Below, piece by piece: positions 13,818 through 27,743 of a stretch of 64,000 bases of DNA (position 1 is the stretch's first letter; every line of letters starts with the position of its first letter). Origin of the DNA: the human T2T-CHM13v2.0 reference genome, Homo sapiens. A program made the translations under genes and the position numbers. The notes below the pieces were generated by a model, which saw only the letters and a list, made by a program, of their open reading frames with translations, was not told the origin of the DNA and ran no database searches. The stretch lies in the NCBI RefSeq assembly GCF_009914755.1, contig NC_060929.1, one strand, 5' to 3'.

Positions 13818-16451
13818 AACTTCTGAAAGAAAATACACAGAAAGTACCTGGCATAGCAAATGTCAACTTCATTACTTATACTATTACCTTTATTGTAAGA
13901 GAGATAGAAACCCCTTGTCTTTTTTTCCTGTCTTTCAGCCTTTGTTATTTTGGGTTGTTTTGTTTTGTTTTTAATATATCCATGTAGGATTTTAAAAAGT
14001 GTATCTTTGTCAATAATGCAAAACTTATAACTTGTCTTTGTCATTAAATACATTTGTTCCCTTAAATATTGAGAACTTCAGGAGGAGGTGTCCTATTCAT
14101 TCAGTCATTTATCCACACAATATTTGTAAAGTGTCTATGACAATATTTCGTCAATACTAAAATGCACTCATTTGCAAGATGTATCATTGTTTTATGTATG
14201 AATAAGAGAGGGAAAAACTCAGCCAATTAAACTGTGCCGCACCCTCAGTTACAAAAGGGATTCTTATTTCAGAAGTCTTAAGTTGAACAAAGAAATGTAT
14301 AAGATAACATCAGTGAAATGCAGTCAGTGTGGAATTAATCCTCCAGGATGCTAGGCATAAGACACAAAGTTACACAAGACGCTGTCTCAGTGATGGGGGA
14401 CAGAAAAGAACCAAGATCCACAGTTGGCTTCAACCCTCTTGCTCCCGAGAAGAGAGTCAACTCCAGTTTCATCCAGAGAAAATTCTTTTTCATGCCCCTT
14501 TTACATCATTAAATGTCATACACTGATCACTGTTTCACCTTTGAGAAATACAGTGACCTGTTTAAATGGTCCCATTTTTGAATCACTTTTCTTCAAACAG
14601 GGCCAGTTTTAAATGGCTGTATGTCATCCCACCCATGGATGAGAGTGAAAATGGCTCTCATTATTTCAGCAGATCACATAAGCCATGCTGCAGGAGAGCA
14701 GGAGGTGAGAAGGTAGAGGGAATTCAATTTGATGATCACATGATCTTTCTTCCCCTGAACCTCCCCATTCAACTGAAGATTTTGTGTTGTGATCCCAAAT
14801 GGGTCAAAATACAAGCTTGGAAAAGTTTTCTGAATAGTCTTTCTCTATTCTATATATACTTAATACAGATATGCCCCATTTCTCTTTCCTTACATTGAAG
14901 CCTGCTTGGCCAGAAATGTGCTTGTGTTGGCTAATTTTTTTTAAGTAGTTGGCAAAATATGTCCTTGAGTGGAGGCAAAGTGTTAGGGGAAGATTTTGGG
15001 GACAGGTGTACCATCAATGATTCTGAATCAGCCCATTGAAATGCGATCTTTATATGTAGTTTGGGGAATTAAATTTTGGTGATAGAAAAACAGAATTCCA
15101 AAAAGAGAAAGAGAAACTAAAAATAATAGGCTCTTCAAATCCAAATGAGAATTCTACTAACAGCATCTTGGTGCGCCATGCCAGGTCCTTGCTCCAGTCA
15201 ATAGAGATTTTCTTTTGAAGGTAAGCAATTTAGAGAATGAATTTGCTCTGCCGTCTGGTTGGAGGATGGGTGCCAAGGTTAGATCTTTAAGGAAATAATC
15301 TTATTAGTCCCTCTTATTAAGGAAGCCTCTGCAGTGAGTAGACTTTGAACCTGCCTGATAAAAAGTAGGTCTTGTCAAACAGCTCACAGCTCCTAGTGAA
15401 AAGGTTGAACTTTGTTGGTTTAGATCATCCAATCCAAATGCAAACATGTTTCTAAGCTTCTGTTTGCATACTCTGGGAGAAAAAGAAGACTTCCTTTTTT
15501 TCCTTGACTCTGACACTAATAGTATTCTGAGGCGATGGCAGCTCCCATGGAAATTACTAAATCACGGTGTTAGTGGCGCATACAGAAAGGCAGAAGTTTC
15601 CAGTGTAACTTGAAATGTAAAGCTTCCAATTGTCACTGTTTGGGTCCTTTTATTTCTTTAAATCTTCATTTTTTCCCCTTAACGGAACTTGGTCTCCCCA
15701 TTTCGCCACCATTACATGTCCATACTAACCCCATCTGGAAGCTGTAAGGCTGAAATTTTGACAGCTTTGTCATTTTCATAGCTGTGAAGGTTGATGTTGA
15801 GCTTACAGGATTATTGCTCTCCAGGAATACTTCACTACATAATCAAGCGGAAGGTCAAGAGAGGTGGAGAGAGAGGAAAAAAAAAAAGAAAACTCTAATT
15901 AAATCAGGAAGGGCTGACTTGTGCCCTAAGAAATGTGTGCAACTTCAGGGAGAGCCATGCTTGTATCCAAGTGCAACAATTGGCCCCAGTCAGAGGCCAC
16001 ACTTGTCACAATGGACAACAAAGAAATTGCCATTAAAGCAAGCAGCTCCTTGAAGAACTGGCTTCACTCTTTGCTTTCACCCTGCTATTAAGGCCCTTCT
16101 CAAATCAGATTAAGGAAAGGCACTGTAACACATAGTTTCATTAGAGTAATGGAAAGAGGAGAGCAAGCTCTTTTCTTACGTCTTCTCCTTTGGTTCCTGA
16201 GATTTGTGGCTTCTGGATATCACCCTGGTACATAATGCAACCAGACAATAGTGGCCACACAGAATGAAAGACACGTCTGAGACTTATGCTACTGAGAACA
16301 GAATTGAGAAGAATCTTACTCCAAATTTTTGCATGATATATCGCTGCAAGGAGGAAGTAGACACTGTGTAGAATCCCCAGAGTGTAGAATTCTCAGGTAG
16401 GATTTGCACAAACTGTGCATTTTAGTTCAGCAAATCCTACCTGAAACCTAC

Positions 16452-16859
16452 TGATACAGTTTGGATATGTGTCCCCTCTAAATCTCATGTTAAATTGCAA
16501 TCTTCATTGTTGGAGGTGGGGTCAGATGGGAGGTGTTTGGTTTATGGGGATGGATCCCTCATGGCTTGGTGCTGTCCTTGCAATAGTGAGTTCTCATGAG
16601 ATCTGGTTGTTTAAGTGTGTGGCATGCACACTCCCTCCACTCTCTCTCTTGCTCCTGACCCCACCATGTGAGGTGCAAGCTTCTGCTTCACCTTCTGCCA
16701 TAAGTAAAAGCTCCCTGAGGCCTCCCCAGAAGCCAAGCAGAGGCAGGTGCCACGCTTCTTGTACAGCCTGCAGAACGATCTGCCACTTAAACCTCTTTTT
16801 TTAATAAATTACCCAGTCTCAGGAATTTCTTTATGGAAATGCAAGAATGACCTAATACA
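16452..16859 (+). mobile_element. MSTA-like MaLR solo LTR
   Basis: TGATACAGTTTGGAT...CCTAATACA with perfect 5-bp TSD CCTAC (16447-16451 and 16860-16864). Confidence 0.92.
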
Positions 16860-16930
16860 CCTACTGTGTGCCAAATATTTGTCAAGATGTTAATGGTTCA
16901 AATAAGTCATGGATAGAGTTCTGTGTTTAA

Positions 16931-17059
16931 CCCATTTATGCTGGAGGTTGCAGTTTTTTTGTGTGAAAAATCAGACCTCAGCGATGACCTTGAGCAGCAG
17001 GATATGAATAGCTCCCACCAGCTTGGCGTTCCAGTAATGGAATACTAGGCATATATGGG
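16931..17059 (-). mobile_element. MER85 piggyBac (PGBD3-derived) MITE
   Basis: TTAA on both sides; TIRs CCCATTTATGC and GCATATATGGG; internal GATGACCTTGAGCAGCAGGATAT and GTTCCAGTAATGGAA. Confidence 0.92.
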
Positions 17060-18639
17060 TTAATAGGGGTTTAAGAGAGATGAGCAAATACTACATATAT
17101 AAGGTAGGATAATCACAACTGTAAAAATTATTGAGCAGCTACTATGTGCAGCTCACTGGTTTAAGTGCTTTGCAGAGAACAAATTATTTAATATAAAGGT
17201 CAGACTATTATGCCTAGAGCACATACACAAGGACGTCATTTCAGCTGGGGAAGGTAGAGGACATGGAAAGTTCCCTGCAAAAGGGATTTAAATGCATCTT
17301 GAAGGATGGATAAGAATTATACCCAATGTTTAAAAAATAAGGGAGTGGAAGATAAAACCTTTCTAAATTTAGTAAACTTCATAAATAAAGACTTAAAGTG
17401 CTACATAAGATGAGATCATCCAATAAAATGTAGTATTCCTGCAGCACAAAGTAAAAGGCAGGTGATAGAGAAGGGGCTGAAGATGATGGAATGTAATGAA
17501 GGCTTTGTCTGGAGCCGAGGGAGAATTTTTAAGTAGGGCTGAGGTTCAGATTTCCATTTTGGAAAGATCATCCTAGGGCATTGCTTCTGTCCCTGCTGAA
17601 GTGATAATTGTGCAAGTTTGCCTCGTAGACCTGGCTTGAAGACAATCCACTCTCTGAGTGCAGGCACTGCCCTTGGAGGGGGCATCTGTGTAGAACCCTC
17701 AGGATCAGGCATCCCAGCATTTTATTTGTTGACTTAAATGGGAAGAATGAAGCTTTTTATTTCTTTAATTTATTGGTGAATGCTGCTCGTGGACATTTAA
17801 TGCTTCTGTATCAAATCAAATGTACCAGGATTTCTTAGAGTTGCATTCTTTAAGCGCCAGCCTGAGTGTGTATCCTGCTGATATCCTTTTATGTCTATGG
17901 AAAAGACCCTCCCTGGACAGTTGGCTGCAGCAGACAGTAACTCCTTCTTCTCCAGGCTTGCGCCTGAGGATATTTGTGTCTTATACTCACAAGCCAAGGA
18001 GAACCATCTTTCTGAGCAATGCCTATCTTTGATGGCCAGGTGATATGACCAAGGGACAAAGCAAATGAGAAAGGCAGTGAGAGTGGAGAGGGACAGAAGA
18101 GAAGCAATAATATGTTGTGAACCACAGTCAGGGACCCGATGCCACACAGACTGGTGACCGCATCCCTGGTATTCATTCCACTGAGACTTAGCACTGCAAA
18201 AAAGGCAGGCTACAGGGCATAAGAAATATGAAATAATTTATCAGGCCAGAAAGTTATACTCATTTCCTTTCTAACTATTTTGCTGCAGGTTAAACATTCC
18301 TTCGTGCTTCTGTAGGGCAGCTGCTGGAAATACAAAGGTTTGTATCCAGCACTGGAAAGTACCCGACTTTCCTGGCCACCTTTGCTGGGGGTGGAAGCTC
18401 TGTTTCTTCATGAGCAGTGGCTGGGCCTCTGCATTCTGAGGGAGATGTGTGCATCCCAGTTAGTAGAGATGGGATGAGGTTGTAAGATTGTATGAGTCTC
18501 CAAAATGTTTCCAGCAGTGAAATAAAGAAGTGAAGCCAATCCAGATGAATGATTTGGGAGGCTTTCAGAGGAAGGGGAAATATTACGTGTCTGCCCAGGG
18601 TTCTGGAAAAGGGTCCTTTTGCTGAAGAGCTTACAAGTT

Positions 18640-18642
<3 letters not shown>

Positions 18643-18674
<32 letters not shown>
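18643..18674. repeat. (CA)16 microsatellite
   Basis: Read directly from sequence. Confidence 0.95.
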
Positions 18675-18676
<2 letters not shown>

Positions 18677-21225
18677 GGAACTAAGGTCAGCACTGGAAAC
18701 CACTGAGCTATGGCAGAAAGAGTGTTGCAGTGTTGGAGGAGCAGGGAGATGCATGTCTGTTGAAAACTTGGGGTTTGCTTCTGGGCTTGCAACTGTGGCA
18801 GCATTTTTTTTCCTCTCTCTATTCCGCATACCATGCCATGATACAAAGCAAACATTGCATTGACAGTATGTTGACAAATTGAAGCCTTCAACCACTGGCC
18901 CAGTCAGCAGCCTGAGCAATCACAGTTCCAACCTCCCCCTCCCTCTCACTGCATCCCCTACTCCCCAGATTTCTTGGGAACAGGCTATGCCCCCAGTTGA
19001 TCATTTCAGTTGTGTAGCCTTCGTAAGTCCTAACCACAAATCAGCTTTCTAAATTGAGAAGGTGATGAATTTTTAAATCCTTGAACCTGTGCTATAATCA
19101 TCTTTCCACCATCCTACATATTACAATGCAGGAAGGCAACAGATGTGTTTTCTTATGGCTCTGGTAACATGAAATATTGATAGGGACGGGAGCATGGGCA
19201 TCGTGTTGAGGTTCATCTACAATGAAGGTAGCAGTTCTCATCCCAGCTTCTCATCGTCCACCTTTCTTTTCTGACACTTAGGACGTGAAGAAAGCCCCAT
19301 ACCTGTGATGCTCAAGGCTAGTTCAATGAAAGCTCTTAAAAAGCCGTGCAATGAAATCTGTCTAAAAAGGTCTTTGTCAGTCTCCAGGGGCCAATTGCTA
19401 ATGCAGCTAATACACGTTTGATCTATACAGATGATTTTTCCTTTGTCCTCAAGGGAATCTCTACAAACACTTTGGGTTTACATGGTGCCAAGCCCAAGTC
19501 GTCTGTCGGAAAATAAATAGCATTTTAACACATTCAAGCATCAGTCCCCAGGATGAAAAGTAGCACGTAGGCTCTTCTCTGAGTTTTCTAGCTGGGCTAT
19601 AGGACATAATGAAAACCTCATTTTTAGAACATTTCTTTTCCTGGTGACGTTTCACTCAGAGGCACTGCATTCTGAAGGGGGAAAGGCACAAAGTAGACAC
19701 TCCGATTCAAAAAAAAAAAAAAAAGAAAAAGAAAAGAAAAAGAAAGAAAAGCAATAAGCAAAAAAGGATAAAATTTTATCTAGGACAGTATTTCCAAATG
19801 CATATATGGGTGCCATGTACCAATCTGTGTGGTGTAAGTATGCAAGATATCCTTAAGAGGCACATGGTTGAAGTATTTTATTTAAAAAAAAAAGTTTTAA
19901 TATTTATTTATTGTAATATATTTTAGGAAATATATATTACATACATATATATAGATATCTATATAAATGTAGTTATGTACAGCTAGCACATCCAAGCTGT
20001 GATTTTATGGATATTATTAACTAAGATGAAACGAAAGTCAGAAACAATAAGTCAAGTTGCAGAAAAAAAGTAAAGGAAAGAATTGAAGACTAGATGAAAC
20101 TGCAGCTCCAGCAGCTCCAATCAGGAAGGGTTGGCTAGAACAAATACCCAGAATGTGTGAGGAAACGGCTAATGTGGGAAATGCCGATGGAGAGAAATTC
20201 CTCATGTGTTAATAGAGGAGGCAGAGCCAGCTCTGCCTTGGTCAGTGGGGATGAGTGTGAATCTACTTTTCCTGGAATGTCTGTCTCCCTACAGAGACGT
20301 CAACCACAGCAGAATTCCTGTGGCTCTGACACACAGTTCTCTGTTGTGTGAAGTTTTGTTTTCTTTGTGGTTTTAAGCAGAAAATCACACATGTTCATGC
20401 TGCCTCAATCTGACATGTCGTATTAACCCTTTTCATGTGACTTTCATAAGGCAGGATATTGCAGGCCATTCAGGAGATGTGCCTTTCAGAGAAGGATTCA
20501 CCTCAAAAGAGTGGACGCTGCACTGGACTTAAGTGAAAGGGGAGAGTTTGTAACGATCCCATAATATATCTGAGCCCATGGGAGAAAGATGATAGCAGCT
20601 CCTAGCTACCAAGTCTTCAGTATCTTCCAGGCATGACATATTAAATCTAACCCCCAGATGAGCTAAGTGAACCAAGCACCATTATTCTCATCATTGTATC
20701 GTTGTATTTATGGGGAGGCTAAAATGGGAGACTTACACAGCTAGGAAGAGATTCAAATACAATTGTGTCTGACCAAGAGGTTGGATTTCTTCACAAGTTA
20801 CAATAAGAGGCCATGCTTTGGCTGTGAACACTTCTGGGGAATGGCTTCTCCTATAGTTTTGGTTCTATCCACAACAGAACCTATGTAAATCCTACAAAGC
20901 CTTCCTTAGAATAATGCCCACAGTGACTGTCCTCCCTAGCAATAGGACATCACAGAACAAGAAAACATTGACTGTGATCTTTTTTCTTGGAAAAGGGTGG
21001 GAGAGTCAGGGGGATGGTTCATGTGGGAGAATGAGAGGGAAAATAAAATAATGGATCCATATAGATGAGAGGGATGCTAATGTATACACTGGGATTCTCT
21101 TCCCAGGTCCATAGTGAGCCCCTACATGACACTGAGAAGATCTCTTCTTTCCCCTGACCTTTTTTTGTTCCCTCCATAGTATGAGGGGTTTGACCTAAAG
21201 GATCACTTAAGTCCCATTATGATCC

Positions 21226-21227
<2 letters not shown>

Positions 21228-21266
<39 letters not shown>
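21228..21266. repeat. (TG)19 microsatellite
   Basis: Read directly from sequence. Confidence 0.95.
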
Positions 21267-21268
<2 letters not shown>

Positions 21269-23684
21269 CTCCTCTGATGTAGAATAACTCAGAAAGAGAG
21301 AGTTGCCCTGGAGAGTGGTTGCTAAAACAACAGGGAAACAATAGAGAAACCTTACCTTCACTGGTGACTCAGTCAAGAAAAAACAATAGAGCCACATTAT
21401 CAATCATGAAGGATCCCAAGAAGTATGCAGAAGACACCTGTTTCCGGAACAGAAGGGAGGGGAAGGTGTGGGGAACATGGAGCCACATTCTACTCCCTTC
21501 CTGTATTCCCTTTGATCTCTCTACCTGCTTCTTTCTTGGCCAACCACAACTTAGAATCAACCAAGTTTTTGAATTAGCTTGTATAGACAAGAAACATGCT
21601 ATGAGCCCTCCTTCTAAAGACCTTACCTTTAACTTCAGGAAACAAGATGACTGCTTTCTCTTGCTTCATTTACAAAAGTTATTCAGATGAGGATTATACA
21701 GTTTCTGAATCTTCTCTGCCACTTTAATTTTCTAAGCCACCAATTTAAAGATAGCCTTAAACAACTGTTCTGCCCCTGTGGAAACAGGAAGTGGATGCCT
21801 CAGGCAGTTCCTCGGGTTGCTGTGTTGGAAGGAGTGATAGTTTCTCAATTCTGCCGCCAGTGAGACACAACTTCACCTCAGCAGTGTGTATTTAGAGACA
21901 TTCATCATTAGAAATTGAGTGAGAACTTCCATATGGAAAAAAAAATCCTAGAATTTAAAGACCACCACAAGTGCCTACGTATTATTTAGAGACAAAGAAA
22001 GACCTGTGTTTTATAACAAGCATTCTTAACCCCACACATTGTAAAAGTACAAATGGCCCAGCAAAGTCAGAATGACCCGGGTGAAGTACACCTTGTAAGG
22101 CAAAAATGTTCAACTTATTGCTGGCTCTACCATTAGTATGTACCATGGAAGTACATACTAAATAAGGGAAAAATAAGAGAAATGCTAACTTAATGAAGCA
22201 CAATCATGACTCGTATTAGAAAGTGATTAGCTGAGATCTGTGCAGTGAATAAAACAGGGCCTTGTTACAACTTGATTTGGTTGATGTGTTTCAGAAGGAC
22301 TCGTAATTCATGTTCCAACTGGAGAAATAGCTTCAGCGAATGATGCAACATATCATATTTTTGTTCAGGTGTTTTGACAGGAAGCAAACGATAGAGTTGT
22401 TTGGAACTCTAATTGAGAAAAGGATCTTAATGATGTTCACTCAGTCCAGCATCAGGATATAGTGTGCTGATATTTCTTAGAGGAGAAAATGTTGTAGAAT
22501 CTGCTTCTTCTGAAGACTTATAATTTTGATAAGCCTTTGTTTATGTAAGCAAGAAGTGTGATTAGTACTTCAAATAACTGCATGTTCAAGATATCTTTTA
22601 TTTGTTTATACAGAAAAGGGTGCAATTATCTATTTAACTATATCATTAGAGAAAAATATATGGAAAAAACTTCTGTATTCTTCAAAGATATTAATAACTT
22701 ATATGTGTGATGCCATCTTATGAAAAGACAGCCTTTATAAAATATGAAGAGTTTGAAGTATTGCTTTTCTTACTCAAAAGATTTAGAAGTGGCCATCAAA
22801 ACCATTAGATAGTTAGATGGCTTAACAAACTGTGAAAAGTAGAACCTTTTCTCTACAAAGTAGGACCTTAAAATCAAAATTTAAAGCAATCACTATCTGA
22901 AAAAAAAATATGTTCAGTAAAAAGTTAAATATGGGTCATGTAAGCTCAGTATTAACGTAGAGAGGCTGGATTGAACTGAAACCAATTTGTCGGATAGTGA
23001 GATGAAACGCTGGCTATGAGTTCCACTGGTTTTACCTTCAGCCTTGTGGGGGAATGGTGGGGACATTTGATAGGAAGTCAGTCTTGTGTGTTCCAGCCCA
23101 GCTCTGCTGGGGGCATGAATTTGAGCAAAGTCCCTTCATTTGTCCTGTCACCTTTGCCCTCCTTCAGGAAATGCCAGTTTTGCATTAGATTGGAAGTTCT
23201 CAGCCTCTCTTCCCTGTAACTTGGGAGACGGGATGTATAGATAAGAAGGATGAAGATTCTAGAGGGTGCGGCTCATGGTCACTTTCTTCCCCCCATCTCC
23301 TAAACAGCAGCCCTGTTTTGGGTATCAAAAATCTGAAATAGTGTTACTTTACAGTTAAATCAACAGAAAGGTGTTCAGTTGATGTTGAAAACTATGGAAT
23401 CTCCTTTTTAAAAAGGTAACTTTCATGATCCTCCTCTTAATGTTCTCAGTTTTTATACTCTTGTTTAGTTTTTATTGACATCTCTGTCATGGGGCAGCTC
23501 ATCTAGACAAGTTTATTGAAGGCAAATGACAGTGATGACTACGGTGCTTTGCACACAGATTGTCAATAACAATCTGGTTGTTTGGGGAGCACTTAGAGAT
23601 GTGGTTCATGCATGTGTGAACCTCGTCAGTGTAAGTTTTGTGCCATTTAACTGATAACATTTTGAAAATTTATAATAGCTGAGG

Positions 23685-23860
23685 GTTGTTATAAGCTCAT
23701 AAGATGCTAAGCACAGAGCTAACTAAGTACTTTACATTTCTTACTGAATCCTCGAAAATAATATGATCTCATTACCCATAGTTTCCAGATGAGGAAACTG
23801 AGTCTCAAGGAGGATGAACAACTTTCCCAAGGCCACGGGGTCAGCATATGACTGGCAGAC
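23685..23860 (-). mobile_element. MIR SINE
   Basis: CAGATGAGGAAACTGAGTCTCA...TTCCCAAGGCCAC. Confidence 0.75.
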
Positions 23861-24312
23861 CCTTAGGCCTTCCCACATCACAGCACTCAGGGCAGTGAGG
23901 GTGTCCCAAGGGATCTTTGCTGAGACTTTTAGCCTGAGGTCAGCTTCTGAGTTGATTATGACTTAGTTATTGGAAAAAGATATAATTTTCTTCAATAATC
24001 TGCATCCCAAGGAACAGTCTCTGTTCTCATCGCTCCAGTTAGTTGCTTTTAAACCCTATTCAAAAAATTACAACGCGGGTTGAATTCCTTAGTGGGGAGG
24101 ATGAGAGGAACCGCTTCAAGCTGAGAGCACAGTTGTTTCCAGATGTGGCCAGGGCCTCCTTAAAGGTTAGTGGGCTGGATAACCCAGCATTCTGGGCCTA
24201 GGGAACCAACACACTCACGTGACATCATCCCACAGGGCAATCTGTATCCTTTACTTTTTGCCATTCATCCAGTTTTTGGGTAGCTGGGTTGTATCATTGT
24301 GTGGTGTGTGAC

Positions 24313-24346
24313 TGTGTGTGTGTGTGTGTGTGTGTGTGCGTGCGCG
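24313..24346. repeat. (TG)n-(CG) alternating purine-pyrimidine tract, Z-DNA prone
   Basis: (TG)13 followed by CGTGCGCG. Confidence 0.9.
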
Positions 24347-27300
24347 TTCTCTAATGCTACTCTTCATTCATTTATTGCTGAGGGAAGTCCTGCTTCTTCC
24401 TGCACTGAAGCCCAATTCCCATTGCTTTTCTAATGTGTGCACTGGAGAGTGGGACTTCCCCTGTCCGGGCTCTTTTCTACTGACCTGCACTGTGTTCTCT
24501 ATCCATTGCTTCCATCTCAGACAGCGCTTTTCCTCCCAAGATATCTAAGTTGGGTTGGACAAAGTCATTGGAAGTGACAGTCACTTAAAAAAGAAAAAGA
24601 AAGGAAACTGGCAAAACACAGGGATGCATGTTCAGGAGAAGCTGTTGAGAGAAGCAGGTGGCTCTTGCCTCCTTGTGTTCTTGGATGAGACAATTGACTT
24701 TCCCCAAGCTGACTTCTTGCTTAGATGAACTGACTTAACTGTGAGGTCCTGCCAAAGGTTGTTTCACTAAGCGGTGCCTGGGGCTTTCACAAAGTGAAGT
24801 CACCTCTGCCTGCCAAGCAGGGACTCTCTAGCTAGACACTGGGGGAATTTCATAGCCTTCTGATTACTCCTCCAAAAGAGGAAGTTCCTGTCATCATCTT
24901 ACCTTTACCGTGCCAGGGTGCAGTTCATTCTGCCTGTGGCTAACATGCCCAGCTCATAATGTGCTGTTGAGCTATAGAGAAGGGAAATGGCGGACTGCAA
25001 CTTGGAGAACTGTTCATTTTGCTGAAGAGGAGACTTGAGGACAGAATCATTGCTCTACTTGGCTAAATCTGTGGTCTTCCTGTCTAGGGCTGTGGCTTCA
25101 ATGGGGCACCAAGGAGCATTTGTGGAGTGAGCGTGATTGCTCTCCATCCAGCTAGGAAGGTTAGTCATGTCACCAAATATTCCTTACTTCCCTTAACAGC
25201 CCATTCTAAATCAATCTTCCATGAATTCATCAAAATGTTTTTTGTATTGCCTCAACTTTGCTGCTTCCATGTCAATTTCCTAAACCCAGGGAGGTCACGT
25301 GAAGGGCATTTCCCAAACTGTTATCTGAACCTTCCTCCCTGGAGTGTCTTCTGCTCACTCCAGGGAAAGAGTCCTTTTCCCTGGGCTCATTTGCTGTGGT
25401 GGCCATATTTTAATTCCCTCTTGGCTTCTAATAGATGAGTTGGGACACGCCTCAAAGTGTTTTTGTTCCCTCTGAAAGAGGTTGAATCAGGGAAGAGAGG
25501 GGGAGAAATATATGTGGGAACAGTTTAATTGTATCCATGAGGATTCTTAGTAATCAGGATGCCAGTGTGTGTTTTCCAGAGCCTAGAGCTGACATAAATA
25601 ATGTAGCGTACCTCGCTTTGTGCAGGCTTGCTGAGGAATGCTGATGGAGAAAAAGCCAAACTGGGATCTGAAGCTCCCGGCTCCCGGCACAGCCTTTGAA
25701 ATCCTTTTATTGAGTGGTACTTTTGAAACTGCAGCCAGGACCTTGGCAGGTTGGATGTGCCAGGGAGAAGCCAACAGAGGAGGAACTCCAGAGGAAGGTG
25801 CCTCACTTGGCTTTTGGAGAATGAGAATCTGGTGTGGCCTGGATGGCTCCGGCTAAGATTGGTTAATTTCATTTTGCGTTCCTAATCCCACAAGGAATAG
25901 GATATCTCCGTCAAGGCCCTGAGAGCCGGGTAAGTGTATGCAGCTGTTGCTAACAAGATATGACTGGCCCCTCAAACATAGTGAAAAGCATCTTGCTAGC
26001 CTTTTAGAGCCTCTTGCCTTAATGGGAAGAGCCAAATGAGCTTTGCGGGACAACTAACCCCAAATGAAGTCCTGCAGCTTAAGCTCATTTAAAGGCAAAG
26101 TGTGCATTGGGAGAGGGAGAGGGACCACAAACGCCACAGTTCTTTTGCAGGAAGGAAACAATGTGTCTTCACGTGGGATTTTCACAGGAGGTCTGCCAAG
26201 CCAAATATCCAACTGAAACATCTTCCAGATTTTGATTTACAGTGCAACTTAAGCCTAGTCTTGGCCATAAATGATAGAAGTGAAGGAAAAGGTGGGGAGT
26301 GGGGTAAGGAATAATTCTCTATTGTAGAGGATCTTCAGGGACAGGCTCTGGGCATTTAGTGAAAGGGACAGCGATTCCTTTGCCTATACTCTGGTGGTTT
26401 AGAAAAGGACCTCAGGGAACATTTGTTTTGTTTTGTTTTGTTTTCCTTTTGATTAAGGCATTTGGGGTCTAGAAAAGAAGATTCAAGCAGGATCCATTTA
26501 ATTTATTTAGTTTGCCTCACAGACATGAAGCTTCAGAATGGTAAGTGTCAATTACATTCCTACCGATTTGGGTAAACTAGCTGGGAGAGGGTTCTCGCAG
26601 AGCAAGGATCTGTTCAAATCTGGGCTGTTTTACAGTTTTTGGCCAGTGATAGGAGCTGCTGTGTAAACACAGAAAAAGCATAGATGACAAGTTTGATTGG
26701 GAAGGAAGGCTTTGTGTGACTTGTCCTTTTGGGGGATGGTTCTCTGTTGTTGTTGGTTTGACAATTATGGGATGTCCTTTAGAAACCATCTATATAGCAC
26801 ACTAAAATTTACTTGACAAATGTAAACATGATCCGATAGTTCCATCGTGGGAAAAGAGTATATATTTTCCTCTTATTTGGCTACAGATTTGTTGTTTTCT
26901 TCTTTCTCCATTTAAAATATGGAGTGTTTTATAACATAGTTTTTGGAAATTTTTTTTGTTATGTGATGTATTGCTATAAATGTATTATTACTAAGAACTC
27001 TACAAGTCCCTTTTGATGATTTCATTGAACTGGTAAGGAAAGGAGTACGTTCTTGTCTGAGTTTCATTCCATCCTCTCTCATTAGGGTCTGTGCTTTGCT
27101 TATCTACTGCTTTAAGTGGTTTCACCAGAACTTTCATTCAGTAGTCTCAAAAGCCCCGCGTACTTCTCTCTGCTTGGACAAATGCCTTCCCAAATTAGTG
27201 CTGTGGTTTTGTCTTGTGAAGGAAAAGTTTTATCTTCATGGATAAAGGCGAAACAGGGTTTTTGTTTGTTTGTTTTTTCATTTTGTTTTGTTTTGTTTTG

Positions 27301-27743
27301 TTTTGTTTTATTGGGGCAGGCAAGATTTAGTCTTTAGTCTGAGGAATCTGTTTGGACACTTTTCCAGCAAACCTTCCACTCTTTGGGAAAGAGCATGCCC
27401 ATCTGTGAAATGGGCTTGGGATTTGATTAAAAATGTAACACCCACGCCCTCTCGGTCACATTGTGAATGTTTGAAAGGAAAAAAAAATGATTATAGAGGG
27501 TTAGCTGAGGGGTTGTCAATAAGCTGGTCTCCGTAGGACTGAGTTTAAACCTGTTTTAAACATGCAAAAACTGGGTCGCTTGTTAGTTTCTATTTATAAG
27601 TGCGTTAGAAGAAAGTACATCTTAAGTGCAGGGAAATGCAATACTTCTATTAAACAAAACTTAGTTTTTATAACCTAAGAAGTGACCTGAAGGAATGTGA
27701 GGAATTGTTAGAAGCCTGTGGTTCTTGGGCGCAGAGTCACAGC

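Noticed and set aside
18290-18919. Longest ORF (209 aa, - strand)
   Set aside because: Runs through a (CA)n repeat (VCVCVC), has no recognisable domain and no exon support.
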